Source of the DNA: an uncultured Pelagibacteraceae bacterium
GTDB taxonomy: Bacteria > Pseudomonadota > Alphaproteobacteria > Pelagibacterales > Pelagibacteraceae
Direction: 5' to 3'
DNA: 64,000 nt
NCBI GenBank assembly: GCA_902629935.1
Contig: CACOSU010000005.1
Span: 3,548-67,547 of the forward strand
A model generated the notes under the pieces. The model ran no database searches. It was given only the letters and a program-made list of their open reading frames with translations, and had not been told where the DNA came from. Position numbers and translations under genes: made by a program. Below, in pieces: positions 40,876 to 52,322 of the stretch. Position 1 is the first letter of the stretch. Each line of letters starts with the position of its first letter.

Positions 40876-42183
40876 ATGTCGAGTGAAAAAAATTATTTAA
40901 ATGACAGCTATAAGAGCTTTTTTGAAGATAGTTTATCAATAAAAGATCCTGATCTTTATAAAGCTATTAAAGATGAATTAATCAGACAACAACAGCATAT
41001 AGAACTAATAGCTTCCGAAAATATAGTTTCTCAAGCAGTATTAGAAGCACAAGGTTCAGTTTTAACAAATAAATATGCTGAAGGTTATCCTGGTAAAAGA
41101 TATTATAATGGTTGTGAGCATGTTGATGTTGCTGAAAATCTTGCTATTGAAAGATTAAAAAAATTATTTAATTGTAAATTTGCAAATGCACAACCACATT
41201 CAGGTGCTCAAGCAAATGGTGCAGTATTTTTAGCTTTGTTAAACCCAGGTGATACTTTCATGGGAATGAGTTTAAATTCAGGAGGTCATATAACTCATGG
41301 ATTAAAAATTTCAATGTCTGGTAAATGGTTTAACGCAATAGGTTATGATGTCGATAAAAAATCAGAACTAATTGATTATGATAATGTTGAAAAACTTGCT
41401 TTAGAGCATAAACCTAAACTAATAATAGCGGGTGGAAGTGCTTATTCCAGAGTAATTGACTTCAAAAGATTTAGAGAGATAGCAGATAAAGTTGGTGCAT
41501 ATTTAATGGTTGATATGGCACACTTCTCGGGTCTGGTTGCAGGTAAGGGTTATCCTAATCCTTGTGATTATGCACACGTTGTAACATCAACTACACACAA
41601 AGTATTTAGAAGTGCGAGAGGTGGTATAATTCTAACTAATCACGAAGATCTTGCTAAAAAATTTAATACAGCTGTCTTTCCTGGTTATCAGGGGGGACCT
41701 TTGATGCATATCATTGCTGCTAAAGCTGCTGGATTTTTAGAAGCATTACAACCAGAATTCCAAGATTATATTAAATCTGTTTTAGCAAACGCTAAGATAC
41801 TTGCAGAAACTTTAAAAAATAATGGATTTAAAATTTATTCGGATGGAACGGATACTCATTTGATGTTGGTAGATTTAAGGCCTTATAATGTTAAAGGAAA
41901 TCTTGCGGCTGAAAGTTTATCTAAAGCAAATATTACGTGTAATAAAAATGGTATTCCTTTCGATACAGAAAAACCCATGATTACCTCAGGTATAAGACTA
42001 GGTACGCAAGCAGCTACAACAAGAGGTTTTGGATTAAGTGAATTTAAAACTGTTGGAGAATTAATCACAAAAACCCTAAAAGGATTATCTGAAAATCCTT
42101 CTGATAATAGCAAAATAGAAGAAGAAGTAAAAAATGAAGTTATTTCTTTAACTTCGTCATTTCCGATATATAAGAACCTTTAG
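40876..42183 (+). CDS. glyA: serine hydroxymethyltransferase
   Basis: [22 protein letters not shown] and PLP-Lys region [15 protein letters not shown]. Confidence 0.97.
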   Translation: MSSEKNYLNDSYKSFFEDSLSIKDPDLYKAIKDELIRQQQHIELIASENIVSQAVLEAQGSVLTNKYAEGYPGKRYYNGCEHVDVAENLAIERLKKLFNCKFANAQPHSGAQANGAVFLALLNPGDTFMGMSLNSGGHITHGLKISMSGKWFNAIGYDVDKKSELIDYDNVEKLALEHKPKLIIAGGSAYSRVIDFKRFREIADKVGAYLMVDMAHFSGLVAGKGYPNPCDYAHVVTSTTHKVFRSARGGIILTNHEDLAKKFNTAVFPGYQGGPLMHIIAAKAAGFLEALQPEFQDYIKSVLANAKILAETLKNNGFKIYSDGTDTHLMLVDLRPYNVKGNLAAESLSKANITCNKNGIPFDTEKPMITSGIRLGTQAATTRGFGLSEFKTVGELITKTLKGLSENPSDNSKIEEEVKNEVISLTSSFPIYKNL

Positions 42184-42186
42184 TAA

Positions 42187-42645
42187 ATGATTTGCTCGAT
42201 ATGTAAAAAAGGGGAGACCTCTGTAGTCGACTCTAGACCAACAGAAGATGGAACAGCTATAAGAAGACGAAGACTTTGTGTTTGCGGAGCTCGTTTTACG
42301 ACTTTTGAAAGAGTTCAATTTAGAGAATTGATGGTAGTTAAAAAAAATGGAAGAAAATCCACGTTTGATAGAGATAAACTATCTAAATCAATTTATATTG
42401 CTTTAAAGAAAAGACCTATAGACACTGAAACAATAGAAAAATTTATAAGCCAAATTTCAAGATCATTAGAGGAACTTGGTCAAAGCGAAATATCTACAAA
42501 TACAATTGGAACTATGGTTATGGAGGGTTTAAAAGATTTAGATCCAGTTGGATATGTGAGATTTGCATCTGTATATAGAAATTTTAGAGAAGAAAAAGAC
42601 TTCGTTCAATTCGTGGACAAGCTAGATGTCTACAAAAAAAGATAA
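42187..42645 (+). CDS. nrdR: transcriptional repressor NrdR
   Basis: Zinc ribbon [16 protein letters not shown]...[16 protein letters not shown] followed by an ATP-cone. Confidence 0.95.
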   Translation: MICSICKKGETSVVDSRPTEDGTAIRRRRLCVCGARFTTFERVQFRELMVVKKNGRKSTFDRDKLSKSIYIALKKRPIDTETIEKFISQISRSLEELGQSEISTNTIGTMVMEGLKDLDPVGYVRFASVYRNFREEKDFVQFVDKLDVYKKR

Positions 42646-43729
42646 ATTTACATTAAAAGATAAATTTTACATGGAGATAGCCTTGGACTTGGCTAGATCT
42701 CGTCATGGACATACTGGATCTAATCCTTCTGTAGGTTGTGTTATAGTTAAAAATGATAAAATTATTTCAATAGGACAAACTTCTTTTAATGGAAGACCAC
42801 ATGCAGAATTTAATGCAATTAAAAATTGTTATGAAAATTTAAAGGGTTCAAAAATGTATGTTACTTTAGAACCTTGTTGTCATCATGGATTAACACCACC
42901 ATGTACTGACTCAATAATTAAATCAAAAATTTCAGAGGTTATATATTCTGTTACAGATATAGATAAAAGGGTAAGAAATAAAAGTAATAAAATTTTAAAT
43001 TCAAAAAAAATAATTGTTAAAAAAGGGTTGTTAAAAAATAAAATTGAAAATTTTTATTACCCTTATTTTTTTAATAGAACGAAAAAATTACCTTTCGTTA
43101 CTGGGAAAATAGCTATTTCAAAAAATAATATAATTTATAGTAAAATAAAAAAAAAAATCACAAACTCTTTTTCTGATAAATTTACTCATCTTTTAAGATA
43201 CCAAAATGATTGTATAATGATTACACATAAAACTCTTAACAAAGATAATCCAAAATTAAATTGTCGTTTAAAAGGTATGGAAAAATTTTCTCCTAAAAGA
43301 ATTATTTTAGATAATAAATTAAATTCTAAAACTAACAGCTATATAATTGAATCTTCAAATAATAAAAATACTTTAATATTTTATAATAAAGCTGATAAAT
43401 CAAAAATTTTCAAATTTAAAAGAAAAGGCATCATTCTCATTAAATCTAGAATTAATAGAAATAACAGATTTGATATTAAGGTAATTTTAAAAAAACTATA
43501 TAATTTTGGTTGCAGAAATTTACTAATAGAGGGAGGCAATGATTTAACTATTTCCTTGCTCAAAAATAGAATTTTTAATAAATTTTATTTATTTAAAAGC
43601 CCTAAAAAGCTTTCTAAAAGCGTAGAATATACAAAATTTAGCGGTCTAAACACATTAAATCAAAAATATAAAAAAAGGTTTAATTTAAATCTGAATTTGC
43701 GAAAAGACAGAATAACACTATATAGATAG
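42626..43729 (+). CDS. ribD: bifunctional riboflavin biosynthesis deaminase/reductase RibD
   Basis: Deaminase motifs [16 protein letters not shown] and [13 protein letters not shown], plus a C-terminal reductase domain. Confidence 0.92.
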   Translation: MSTKKDKFTLKDKFYMEIALDLARSRHGHTGSNPSVGCVIVKNDKIISIGQTSFNGRPHAEFNAIKNCYENLKGSKMYVTLEPCCHHGLTPPCTDSIIKSKISEVIYSVTDIDKRVRNKSNKILNSKKIIVKKGLLKNKIENFYYPYFFNRTKKLPFVTGKIAISKNNIIYSKIKKKITNSFSDKFTHLLRYQNDCIMITHKTLNKDNPKLNCRLKGMEKFSPKRIILDNKLNSKTNSYIIESSNNKNTLIFYNKADKSKIFKFKRKGIILIKSRINRNNRFDIKVILKKLYNFGCRNLLIEGGNDLTISLLKNRIFNKFYLFKSPKKLSKSVEYTKFSGLNTLNQKYKKRFNLNLNLRKDRITLYR

Positions 43730-43734
43730 AAATT

Positions 43735-44328
43735 ATGTTTAACGGAATAATTTATAATCAAGGTGTTATTACTAAAATTATTAAAAGATCCAAGGGTCTT
43801 AATATTTTTGTTAAAAGCAATCTTAAAGTTTCCAAAAAAAATATTGGTTTGTCAGTTGCTTGTGATGGTGTCTGTTTAACTTTAATCTCATATAAATCAA
43901 AAATTATGGAATTTTACCTGTCTAAGGAAACAATAATTCGTTCAAAATTTAAATTTTTAATTATAAAAGATAAAATAAATTTGGAATTACCTTTAAAATA
44001 TGGGTCAAAAATTTCAGGACATATTTGTCAAGGGCATGTTGATACAGTTGGTAAAGTATTAAGTATTAAACAAATAGATAAATCTTTTATCTTTGACTTT
44101 GAATTACCTAAAAAAGAGAGAAAACACTTGATAGAAAAAGCATCAATTTGTGTAAATGGTATTTCTCTTACTATTTCAAAAGTAACAAAAAAAGGTTTTC
44201 AAATTTGGATTATACCTCATACATATAAGGAAACAAACTTATCAACTTTAAAAAAATTTAGTTTAGTAAACATAGAGATAGATATCTTGTCTAAATACGT
44301 AAGGAATTATTTTAATGAAAAAAAATAA
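43735..44328 (+). CDS. ribE: riboflavin synthase (alpha chain)
   Basis: MFNGII start and duplicated lumazine-binding repeats (GVCLT / NGISLT). Confidence 0.92.
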   Translation: MFNGIIYNQGVITKIIKRSKGLNIFVKSNLKVSKKNIGLSVACDGVCLTLISYKSKIMEFYLSKETIIRSKFKFLIIKDKINLELPLKYGSKISGHICQGHVDTVGKVLSIKQIDKSFIFDFELPKKERKHLIEKASICVNGISLTISKVTKKGFQIWIIPHTYKETNLSTLKKFSLVNIEIDILSKYVRNYFNEKK

Positions 44329-45415
44329 TTTTGCCTCAATAGAGTCAGTAATAAGTATAGCAAAAAAAGGAGGTATGTTTATTTTGGTGGATGATGAAAA
44401 AAGAGAAAACGAGGGAGATTTAGTTTTTTCTACATCAGATACAAATGCAAAAAATATTAACTTTATGGCAAAATATGGAAGAGGTTTAATTTGCTTAGCA
44501 CTTGATACTATTCAGGCAAAAAGATTAAATTTATCCTTAATGTCACCAGTAAATCAATCAAGAAACAAAACAGCTTTCACAATTTCTATTGAAGCGAAAA
44601 AAGGAATAACAACTGGTATATCCGCTAAAGATAGAGCCAGAACAATTAAAATTGCTTCAAAAAAAAATGTAAATAAAAATGAAATTGTTTCTCCTGGCCA
44701 TGTGTTTCCAATTATAGCCAAAGATGGCGGTGTTCTTGTTAGAGCAGGACATACGGAAGCATCTGTCGACATATCTAGATTGGCAAAAAAAAATAACTCA
44801 GCTGTTATTTGTGAAATTATGAATGAAGACGGGACAATGGCTAAAGGTCAAGATTTATTTAATTTTGCAAAAAAACATAAATTAAAAATTGGAAAAATAG
44901 AAGATCTGATTGCATATAGATTAAAAAAAGAAAAACTTATTAAACTAAAAAAGCAAAGTAAGATTGATGTAAAAAATCAAAAATATAATATTAGAATTTA
45001 TGAAAATCTTCTAGATGGTTCTGAGCATTTTGCTTTAATTAAAGGTAAAATAAAAAAAGGTATTACTCCAAGAGTAAGAGTAATTTCGTCTAACGTTGTG
45101 CAAAATTATCTTATAAATCAATCTTTACCAAATTCATTTAATAAGACATTAAATTATTTTAAAAAATATCAAAATTGTGTTTTAGTATTTATTAAAGACT
45201 CAAATTTAAAATCAGTAACCCAAACACTAAAAGATTATAAAAACAAAGATTTTTATAAAAAAGGAAATGACAAGTTAATCAGAAATTATGGTATAGGAGC
45301 GCAAATTATTAAAGACTTAAAAATTAAAAATATGATATTAATCACAAAATCACCAAAAAAAGTTATTGGTCTTGATGGTTATGGTATAAAAATTACAAAA
45401 CAGGAATTAATTTGA
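44315..45415 (+). CDS. ribB: 3,4-dihydroxy-2-butanone-4-phosphate synthase fused to a degenerate GTP cyclohydrolase II-like domain (RibBX-type)
   Basis: The N-terminal half has DHBPS motifs (DDEKRENEGDLVF, VRAGHTEASVD). The C-terminal half aligns in layout to GCH II but reads RVRVISSNVVQNYL where the Zn-binding Cys cluster normally sits. Confidence 0.85.
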   Translation: MKKNNFASIESVISIAKKGGMFILVDDEKRENEGDLVFSTSDTNAKNINFMAKYGRGLICLALDTIQAKRLNLSLMSPVNQSRNKTAFTISIEAKKGITTGISAKDRARTIKIASKKNVNKNEIVSPGHVFPIIAKDGGVLVRAGHTEASVDISRLAKKNNSAVICEIMNEDGTMAKGQDLFNFAKKHKLKIGKIEDLIAYRLKKEKLIKLKKQSKIDVKNQKYNIRIYENLLDGSEHFALIKGKIKKGITPRVRVISSNVVQNYLINQSLPNSFNKTLNYFKKYQNCVLVFIKDSNLKSVTQTLKDYKNKDFYKKGNDKLIRNYGIGAQIIKDLKIKNMILITKSPKKVIGLDGYGIKITKQELI

Positions 45416-45804
45416 TGAAAAAGAAGTATTTAATTGTTACAGCAAATTATTATAAAGATATTACTGATGGCTTAATAAAAAGTGCTTTAAAAATAATTCC
45501 AAAAAAAAATACAATAAAAATTATTAATGTACCTGGTGTTTTTGAAATTCCAGTTACAATCTCAAAAAATATAAAAAAATATGATGGTTTTTTAGCTTTA
45601 GGATGTGTAATTAAAGGTCAGACACCACATTTCGACTTTATTTCTCAAGCAGCAACAGATGCCATAATGAAATTGTCTGTAGATAGTAAAAAACCTATTG
45701 GAAATGGAATAATTACTTGCCTTAATAAGGCTCAAGCAATTACTAGAAGAAAAAAGGGTGCTGAAGCTGCAGAAGCTGTTTTTTCAGTTTTGTCTCAAAA
45801 ATGA
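45412..45804 (+). CDS. ribH: 6,7-dimethyl-8-ribityllumazine synthase (short, 130 aa)
   Basis: VPGVFEIP, LGCVIKGQTPHFDFI and a conserved rib-nusB neighbourhood. Confidence 0.9.
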   Translation: MMKKKYLIVTANYYKDITDGLIKSALKIIPKKNTIKIINVPGVFEIPVTISKNIKKYDGFLALGCVIKGQTPHFDFISQAATDAIMKLSVDSKKPIGNGIITCLNKAQAITRRKKGAEAAEAVFSVLSQK

Positions 45805-46205
45805 GAACTAATTATAATCCAAAAAATAATCCTAGAGTTATAATTATTCAGAAATTATATGGAAAATTTTATAACGAAGATGATGATTTAGATTTTCCAA
45901 AACATAGATTCAAAAAATTTATTAAAGATATTGTTCTAGGAACAATAGAAAGAAATGATCTTATTTTAGATGAACTAAATAATAAATTAGGAGAAGAATT
46001 TGTATTTGAAAAATTAGATAAAGTTTTTCAAACGATTTTAAAAGCAGCAACTTATGAATTTATGTATAAACCAAATTTATCTATAAATATAATCATCAAA
46101 GAGTATTTAAATTCTTCAAATTTTTTCCTTGAATACTCTCAAACCAAATATCTTAATGCGTTATTAGATAATGTTGGAAAAAAATTAAGATCTAACAATG
46201 CATGA
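45801..46205 (+). CDS. nusB: transcription antitermination factor NusB
   Basis: Size, helical profile and the conserved ribH-nusB-thiL order. Confidence 0.82.
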   Translation: MRTNYNPKNNPRVIIIQKLYGKFYNEDDDLDFPKHRFKKFIKDIVLGTIERNDLILDELNNKLGEEFVFEKLDKVFQTILKAATYEFMYKPNLSINIIIKEYLNSSNFFLEYSQTKYLNALLDNVGKKLRSNNA

Positions 46206-47157
46206 ATTTGATCTAATTAAAAATTATTTTTCAAAAATATCTAAAAAAAATAAATCTGCCCTCAATCTAAATGACGATGTATTTTTTGATAAAAAAAAGG
46301 GTATTATTATATCTGTAGATACGTACAATATTAATACACATTTTTTTAATTTTAAATATCCTGATCTAGTAATTAAAAAAATATTAAGATCATCTATTTC
46401 TGATTTGATTTGTAAAGGTGTAAAACCAAAGTTTTACTTCATTTCTGCATCAGGTAATAAAAAAACATTTTCAAAAAATAATTTATATAAAATCTCCAAA
46501 TCACTTAAATCTGAACAAAATAAATTTAATATAGTTTTATGTGGTGGTGACACTACCTTTTCTAATAAACTAAGTTTTACAATTACATCATTGGGATATT
46601 CGAATAAAATAATTTATCGTAATAAAGCTAAATTGAATGATGATATTTATGTTACTGGAAATTTGGGTGATAGTTATTTAGGTCTCAAACTTTTAAGTAA
46701 TAAAATGAATATTAAAAAAAAAGATAAATTATTCTTTATAAATAAATATTATAAACCAGAGTTACCTTTAAATTTGACTAAACATTTATTAAAATTTGCT
46801 AATAGCTCGATTGATATTTCTGATGGGTTAATTGGTGATTTGTCAAAAATGATTAATAGACAAAAATTATCGTTTCATTTATTTGAAAACAAAATACCTG
46901 TTTCAAAAAACTTGAGTGATTTAATCAAAAATCAAAGATTAAATAAAATTAATTTAATTTCTAATGGAGATGATTATCAAATTTTATTCACAGCTAATGT
47001 TAATAAAGCCAGAATCATTAAAAAAACATCTAAAGCAACAGGAATTAAAATAACTAAAATTGGTAAAATTGTAACTGGTAATGATAGATCATTGATATTT
47101 GATGAAAAAGGCAAGCAAATACAGGCTAAATCAAAAGGTTATATTCATCAGTTTTAG
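46198..47157 (+). CDS. thiL: thiamine-monophosphate kinase
   Basis: AIR-synthase-like fold markers (LNDDVFF, GGDTT, DISDGL) and position after nusB. Confidence 0.85.
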   Translation: MHEFDLIKNYFSKISKKNKSALNLNDDVFFDKKKGIIISVDTYNINTHFFNFKYPDLVIKKILRSSISDLICKGVKPKFYFISASGNKKTFSKNNLYKISKSLKSEQNKFNIVLCGGDTTFSNKLSFTITSLGYSNKIIYRNKAKLNDDIYVTGNLGDSYLGLKLLSNKMNIKKKDKLFFINKYYKPELPLNLTKHLLKFANSSIDISDGLIGDLSKMINRQKLSFHLFENKIPVSKNLSDLIKNQRLNKINLISNGDDYQILFTANVNKARIIKKTSKATGIKITKIGKIVTGNDRSLIFDEKGKQIQAKSKGYIHQF

Positions 47158-47234
47158 AAGTTAATCGTTGTCTTTTTTATCTTTTTTTGTATTGTGCGGG
47201 CTTAAAATTTAACAACCAACAACTTAAGGTTAAT

Positions 47235-49340
47235 ATGAGCGGAACAATCGAAACAATATTATTATACACAATTGGAGCTGGTTTATTATCCATCGTTTAT
47301 GGATTTCTAACTGGAAAAAATATTCTTAATTCAAGCGCAGGTAATGCAAAAATGCAAGATATAGCATCAGCTATTCAAATTGGTGCAAAAGCTTATTTAG
47401 CTAGACAATACAAAACTATTGCTATTGTTGGGGCTGTAGTTTTGGTAATTGTAAGCATTGCGTTTAGTCCATTAGTTGGTCTTGGTTATTTAATTGGAGC
47501 TGCCTTATCTGGTATTGCAGGCTATGTTGGAATGTTAGTTTCTGTAGAAGCAAACGTAAGAACAGCCGAAGCATCAAGAAAGGGACTATCAGAGGGACTT
47601 TCTGTTGCATTTAAATCAGGTGCTGTAACTGGAATGTTGGTTGCCGGTTTAGCATTGTTATCAATAGCTGTTTATTATTTTATACTTTTAAAAGCTGGTA
47701 TAAATGAAAGGGAAATTGTTAACGCATTAGTAGCTTTGGGTTTTGGAGCTTCTTTAATATCTATTTTTGCAAGATTAGGAGGTGGAATTTTTACAAAAGG
47801 TGCTGATGTTGGTGCTGATTTAGTTGGAAAAGTAGAGGCTGGAATTCCCGAGGATGATCCAAGAAATCCTGCAGTAATTGCTGATAATGTTGGTGATAAT
47901 GTGGGAGATTGTGCTGGTATGGCTGCTGACTTGTTTGAAACTTATGCGGTTACAATTGTTGCGACAATGGTTTTATCCTCAATTTTCTTTGTTGGAGATT
48001 TAAAAATGATGATTTACCCATTAACAATTGGTGCAGCTTGTCTATTAACTTCTATAGTTGGAACATTTTTTGTTAAACTTGGAAAGAATAAAAATGTAAT
48101 GAATGCTTTATACAAAGGATTTATTGTTTCAGCAGTAGCCTCTTTAATAATTTTATGGCCTGTTACAGATCATGTAATTGGTTTCACAAATGAATACACA
48201 GTAAATGATATAACTTTTAACGGAATGGATTTATATTATTGTGGTGTTATTGGACTCGTAATTACTGGATTATTAATTTGGATAACAGAATACTATACTG
48301 GTACAAGTTATAGACCAGTTAAATCTGTTGCATTATCATCTACAACAGGACATGGTACTAATGTTATTCAAGGATTAGCTGTCTCTATGGAAGCAACAGC
48401 TATTCCTGCATTAATAATTGTTGCTGGTATTCTTGTTACTAATTCAATTGCTGGACTTTTTGGTATAGCTATTGCAGTAACTACAATGCTTGCTTTAGCT
48501 GGCATGGTTGTGGCTTTAGATGCTTATGGTCCTGTTACTGATAATGCTGGTGGTATTGCTGAGATGTCTAATCTCGATAAAAAAGTTAGAAAAACAACAG
48601 ATGCCTTGGATGCTGTTGGTAACACAACAAAAGCTGTGACCAAGGGATATGCAATTGGTTCAGCTGGTTTAGGAGCATTAGTTTTGTTTGCTGCTTACAC
48701 AGAAGATATCAAACATTTTTCAAAAGAAACTGGTTCAGCACTTGAAGGAATTGTTGTTACTTTTGATTTATCAAATCCATATGTAGTTGTTGGCCTTTTA
48801 ATTGGTGGAATGCTTCCTTATTTATTTGGTTCTATGGGTATGCAAGCTGTTGGAAGAGCAGGTGGTGCAGTTGTTGTTGAAGTTAGAAGACAGTTTAAAA
48901 AGTTTCCAGGTATAATGAAAAGAAAGCAAAAACCAGATTATGCTAAGTTGGTAGATTTATTGACTGTTGCAGCAATTAAAGAGATGATAATACCATCATT
49001 ACTTCCAGTTTTATCACCGGTAGTTCTTTATTTTATTATCTTATCAATAGGTGGACAGGTAGCTGCTCTTGCGGCAGTTGGAGCTATGCTGCTAGGAGTA
49101 ATAATTACAGGTTTATTTGTAGCTGTTTCAATGACAGCAGGTGGTGGTGCTTGGGACAATGCAAAAAAATATATAGAAGATGGCAATCATGGAGGAAAAG
49201 GGTCAGAAGCTCATAAAGCAGCAGTTACAGGAGATACTGTTGGTGATCCTTATAAAGATACTGCTGGTCCAGCAGTAAATCCAATGATTAAGATTACTAA
49301 TATTGTTGCTTTACTATTGTTAGCAGTAATTGCTGGTTAA
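47235..49340 (+). CDS. hppA: membrane-bound proton-translocating pyrophosphatase, K+-independent type
   Basis: [33 protein letters not shown] and [11 protein letters not shown] motifs. GNTTKA (Lys rather than Ala) is the published K+-independence marker. ATG 47235 is preferred over upstream TTG 47187. Confidence 0.95.
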   Translation: MSGTIETILLYTIGAGLLSIVYGFLTGKNILNSSAGNAKMQDIASAIQIGAKAYLARQYKTIAIVGAVVLVIVSIAFSPLVGLGYLIGAALSGIAGYVGMLVSVEANVRTAEASRKGLSEGLSVAFKSGAVTGMLVAGLALLSIAVYYFILLKAGINEREIVNALVALGFGASLISIFARLGGGIFTKGADVGADLVGKVEAGIPEDDPRNPAVIADNVGDNVGDCAGMAADLFETYAVTIVATMVLSSIFFVGDLKMMIYPLTIGAACLLTSIVGTFFVKLGKNKNVMNALYKGFIVSAVASLIILWPVTDHVIGFTNEYTVNDITFNGMDLYYCGVIGLVITGLLIWITEYYTGTSYRPVKSVALSSTTGHGTNVIQGLAVSMEATAIPALIIVAGILVTNSIAGLFGIAIAVTTMLALAGMVVALDAYGPVTDNAGGIAEMSNLDKKVRKTTDALDAVGNTTKAVTKGYAIGSAGLGALVLFAAYTEDIKHFSKETGSALEGIVVTFDLSNPYVVVGLLIGGMLPYLFGSMGMQAVGRAGGAVVVEVRRQFKKFPGIMKRKQKPDYAKLVDLLTVAAIKEMIIPSLLPVLSPVVLYFIILSIGGQVAALAAVGAMLLGVIITGLFVAVSMTAGGGAWDNAKKYIEDGNHGGKGSEAHKAAVTGDTVGDPYKDTAGPAVNPMIKITNIVALLLLAVIAG

Positions 49341-49804
49341 TTAGATTTTGCTCTTTTTACTCCCCTAGGATCATCTATTTTTTGTCTTAGGGTGTAAAAA
49401 AAATTGTTAATAAATGATTTTCGCGAATAATCAGATTTTGTTTCATTTTTGTCAAATTTAATTTTTTGCATATCATCTTTGTTATAAAAATTTTTTGCAA
49501 TCAGTATTCCTTTTTTATTTATATCAAGTATTAAAACATTATTTTTTATTAAAACTTTCTTTCCTAATTTTGTTAATTTTGATGAACTTGTTTTTCTTTC
49601 AATATAAATATAAACATCGTTATCAAATGAACTTTTAGTCGAGGGAGGGCCAATTGTTTTGATTACATCATTAATATTTGATTTATTAATTTTTAGCTTT
49701 TCTTGTTTTTTTTCAAGATTATGTACACCGTGATGTTGTATCACTTTATTTAATGAGCAGTTTGTTATAAATATACAAATTATTAATAAATATATTATTT
49801 TCAT
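49337..49804 (-). CDS. outer-membrane lipoprotein, BamE (SmpA/OmlA)-like
   Basis: Lipobox FITNC. The SmpA/OmlA-like segment is [19 protein letters not shown]...VYIY. Neighbourhood (Cbp3-like, rpmF, plsX) matches alphaproteobacterial bamE loci. Confidence 0.6.
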   Translation of the reverse strand: MKIIYLLIICIFITNCSLNKVIQHHGVHNLEKKQEKLKINKSNINDVIKTIGPPSTKSSFDNDVYIYIERKTSSSKLTKLGKKVLIKNNVLILDINKKGILIAKNFYNKDDMQKIKFDKNETKSDYSRKSFINNFFYTLRQKIDDPRGVKRAKSN

Positions 49805-50270
49805 GAAGACAAATTATATCAATATCTATAATTATTTTATAAAATTATCTACAAATAAAGACCTGTATAAAGATTTTGATCGAGAGGATATTTTTTCTGA
49901 TAGATTAACTTTTTTTCTGCTTCATTTTGCTTTCTTTTTAAAAAATTATAAAAGTCATGAAAACTCATCCATTTTGCAAGAAATTTATGATTTTAATTTT
50001 AGACAATTAGAGCTGAGTATTAGAGAAATAGGATATGGCGATCAATCTATTAATAAAAAAATGAAAGATTATATTAATCTTTTTCACTCTATGGTTTCAG
50101 AGATACATTTTTGGGAAAATTTATCAAATCAAGAAAAATTAAATAAATTTTCGATTTTTTTAAATCATTTGAATAATATTCAATTTTTTCTTGATTATTT
50201 TGAGAATTTTAACCAAATTCTATCAAAAAAAACTTTGAATTCTTTTATAAAAAGTGTAAGTAACCCATAA
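49803..50270 (+). CDS. ubiquinol-cytochrome c chaperone (Cbp3/UQCC1-like) family protein
   Basis: [16 protein letters not shown]...[20 protein letters not shown] resembles the Cbp3-family core. Confidence 0.6.
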   Translation: MKTNYINIYNYFIKLSTNKDLYKDFDREDIFSDRLTFFLLHFAFFLKNYKSHENSSILQEIYDFNFRQLELSIREIGYGDQSINKKMKDYINLFHSMVSEIHFWENLSNQEKLNKFSIFLNHLNNIQFFLDYFENFNQILSKKTLNSFIKSVSNP

Positions 50271-50272
50271 TT

Positions 50273-50455
50273 ATGGCAGTACCAAAAAGAAAACAAACAC
50301 CTTCCAGAACTGGAATGAGAAGAGCAAAAACTATGAAATTTTCAACAAAAAATATTGTTGAAGATAAAAATTCAGGTGAATATAGACTTTCACATCACCT
50401 TGATCTTAAAACTGGTATGTATAAAGGAAGACAAGTTTTAGATCCAAAAGAATAA
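50273..50455 (+). CDS. rpmF: 50S ribosomal protein L32
   Basis: [18 protein letters not shown] is the L32 signature. Followed by plsX. Confidence 0.95.
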   Translation: MAVPKRKQTPSRTGMRRAKTMKFSTKNIVEDKNSGEYRLSHHLDLKTGMYKGRQVLDPKE

Positions 50456-50474
50456 TATATAATTATTTATTATA

Positions 50475-51476
50475 ATGTCAGATTTGATAAAAATTGCAGT
50501 TGATGCAATGGGTGGAGATGGTTCGCCAAAAAAAATAATTGATGGAATTATCTTCAATCATAGATCTAATAAAAAGAATTTTTTTAAAATTTTTGGAGAT
50601 AAAAATAAAATAAATCCAATAATTAATGGAAAAATTCCTAAAGAATTTTTTGATATAGTTCACACAGAAAACAAAATAGAAAGCACCGACAGTCCTTTAG
50701 AAGGTGCTAAAAGAGGCAAGAATACCAGTATGTGGCTTGCGATCCAAAGTGTTAAAGATAAAGAAACTGATATAGTAATATCTGCTGGGAATACTGGGGC
50801 TTTGTTAGTTGTATCAAAATTAAATCTAAAAATGATTGAAAATATTGATAAACCTGCTCTGTCTGCATTATGGCCAAATAAAAAAGGAATGAGTGTTGTA
50901 TTAGATTTAGGTGCTAACATAGAGTGCAGTTCTAAAAATTTATTAGATTTTTCAATAATGGGTGCTTCATTATACACTTCACTTTATCCCAATGATAAAC
51001 CAATCGTTGCATTGTTAAATATTGGTTCAGAGGAATTGAAGGGCAACGAGACAATTAAAGAAACCTATCAATTATTAAATGAAAAAAAATCAGATAATTA
51101 TAATTTTGCTGGTTACATTGAAGGAAACCATCTTATGGATGGACAAGTAAATGTAATTGTGTCTGATGGATTTACTGGAAACGTTGCATTGAAAACAGCG
51201 GAAGGGACAGCAAATTTTATCACTAGTGAATTAAAAAGTGCAATGACTGGATCTCTTTTAGGAAAAATTTCATCTTTACTAAATATATCAAATTTTAAAA
51301 AATTTAAAAAAAGATTAGATCCAAGATTATATAATGGAGCTATTTTTTTGGGATTAGACTCTCCAGTTGTTAAAAGTCATGGCGGTACCGATTTTATTGG
51401 TTTTTCAAATTCTTTAGATGTTTGTAATAGAATTGTTAAAGGTAATTTGATACAAAAGATTAAGCAAAATATTTAA
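50475..51476 (+). CDS. plsX: phosphate acyltransferase PlsX
   Basis: IAVDAMGGDGSP start, SAGNTGAL and DGFTGNVALKTAEG motifs. Confidence 0.95.
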   Translation: MSDLIKIAVDAMGGDGSPKKIIDGIIFNHRSNKKNFFKIFGDKNKINPIINGKIPKEFFDIVHTENKIESTDSPLEGAKRGKNTSMWLAIQSVKDKETDIVISAGNTGALLVVSKLNLKMIENIDKPALSALWPNKKGMSVVLDLGANIECSSKNLLDFSIMGASLYTSLYPNDKPIVALLNIGSEELKGNETIKETYQLLNEKKSDNYNFAGYIEGNHLMDGQVNVIVSDGFTGNVALKTAEGTANFITSELKSAMTGSLLGKISSLLNISNFKKFKKRLDPRLYNGAIFLGLDSPVVKSHGGTDFIGFSNSLDVCNRIVKGNLIQKIKQNI

Positions 51477-51477
51477 A

Positions 51478-51777
51478 ATGAGAATAAATTTAACTAAAAG
51501 AGATTTAGTTAATACAGTTTATATGCAACTTGGATTTTCAAAACAAATCTCTGAGAGCCTTATTGAAGAATTATTATTTACGATAGTGAATAATATTAAA
51601 ATTGAAAAAAAATTAAAATTATCTAAATTCGGTACTTTTGTAATCAGACAAAAAAAATCTAGGATTGGAAGAAATCCAAAAACAAAAGTTGCTACTGTAA
51701 TAACAAGTAGAAACGTAGTGTTATTCAAACCTTCAAAAGAATTTAAAGAATTTGTAAATTTAAAGGAAAATGGATAA
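51478..51777 (+). CDS. ihfA: integration host factor subunit alpha (HU/IHF family)
   Basis: 99 aa. FGTFVIRQKKSRIGRNPKTKVATVITSRNVVLFKPSKEFK is the IHF/HU beta-arm. Confidence 0.88.
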   Translation: MRINLTKRDLVNTVYMQLGFSKQISESLIEELLFTIVNNIKIEKKLKLSKFGTFVIRQKKSRIGRNPKTKVATVITSRNVVLFKPSKEFKEFVNLKENG

Positions 51778-52153
51778 AAAAGATAGTGCCTACAAAACAA
51801 TTGGAGAAGTAGCTAAAATTTTAAATCTTAAATCAAATGACAAAGGTGTTTTACCAACACATGTAATTAGATTTTGGGAAACAAAATTTAATCAAATTAA
51901 ACCAAAGATACTAAATTCTAATAGACGTTATTATGATGAAAAAACAATTAATCTTCTTAAAAAAGTTAAATTTTTACTTAAGGATCAAGGCATGACAATA
52001 AATGGTGTAAAAAAAATACTAAATAATGAAGCTTCTTTAAAGCTTGACGAAATTGCAGATAAATCTATAAGGATTGAAAATTTAAAAGTTAAATTATTAA
52101 AAATTTCAAATAAAATAAAAAATTTAAATAATGGCAAAAAAAACACACGTTAA
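51770..52153 (+). CDS. MerR-family transcriptional regulator
   Basis: N-terminal HTH YKTIGEVAKILN...HVIRFWETKF...RRYYDEKTINLLKKVKFLL. Position after ihfA is conserved in alphaproteobacteria. Confidence 0.8.
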   Translation: MDKKDSAYKTIGEVAKILNLKSNDKGVLPTHVIRFWETKFNQIKPKILNSNRRYYDEKTINLLKKVKFLLKDQGMTINGVKKILNNEASLKLDEIADKSIRIENLKVKLLKISNKIKNLNNGKKNTR

Positions 52154-52322
52154 AATTAGAATGGTTCCTGAGGCTAAACCAGATAGTCCTTATTTCTATT
52201 ATGTGAAAAAACCAGCTGGAGGTGAGAAAGCTAAAGTTAAACTTTCTGCTAAAAAATATAATCCAGATACTAGAAAACATGAAATGTTTGTGGAAAAGAA
52301 ACTTCCACCCCACAGTAAGTAG
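52131..52322 (+). CDS. rpmG: 50S ribosomal protein L33
   Basis: 63 aa. MAKKTHVKIRMV...FYYVKK...KKYNPDTRKHEMFVEKKL matches the L33 pattern. 23-nt overlap with the MerR gene. Confidence 0.85.
   Translation: MAKKTHVKIRMVPEAKPDSPYFYYVKKPAGGEKAKVKLSAKKYNPDTRKHEMFVEKKLPPHSK

Noticed and set aside
47187-47234. Upstream TTG start extending hppA by 16 codons. Similar long-ORF starts occur at 21942 (MATE), 17193 (gatC), 16713 (pyrB), 8454 (panC) and 61149 (ogt).
   Set aside because: The extensions are non-conserved in character or overlap the upstream gene. Internal ATGs give N-termini of canonical length. They are kept as alternatives in the feature notes.
52089-52313. 74-aa minus-strand ORF opposite rpmG and the MerR gene
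   Set aside because: It is antisense to the L33 gene, which has a clear ribosomal-protein signature. The translation is Phe-rich and shows mirror-image composition.
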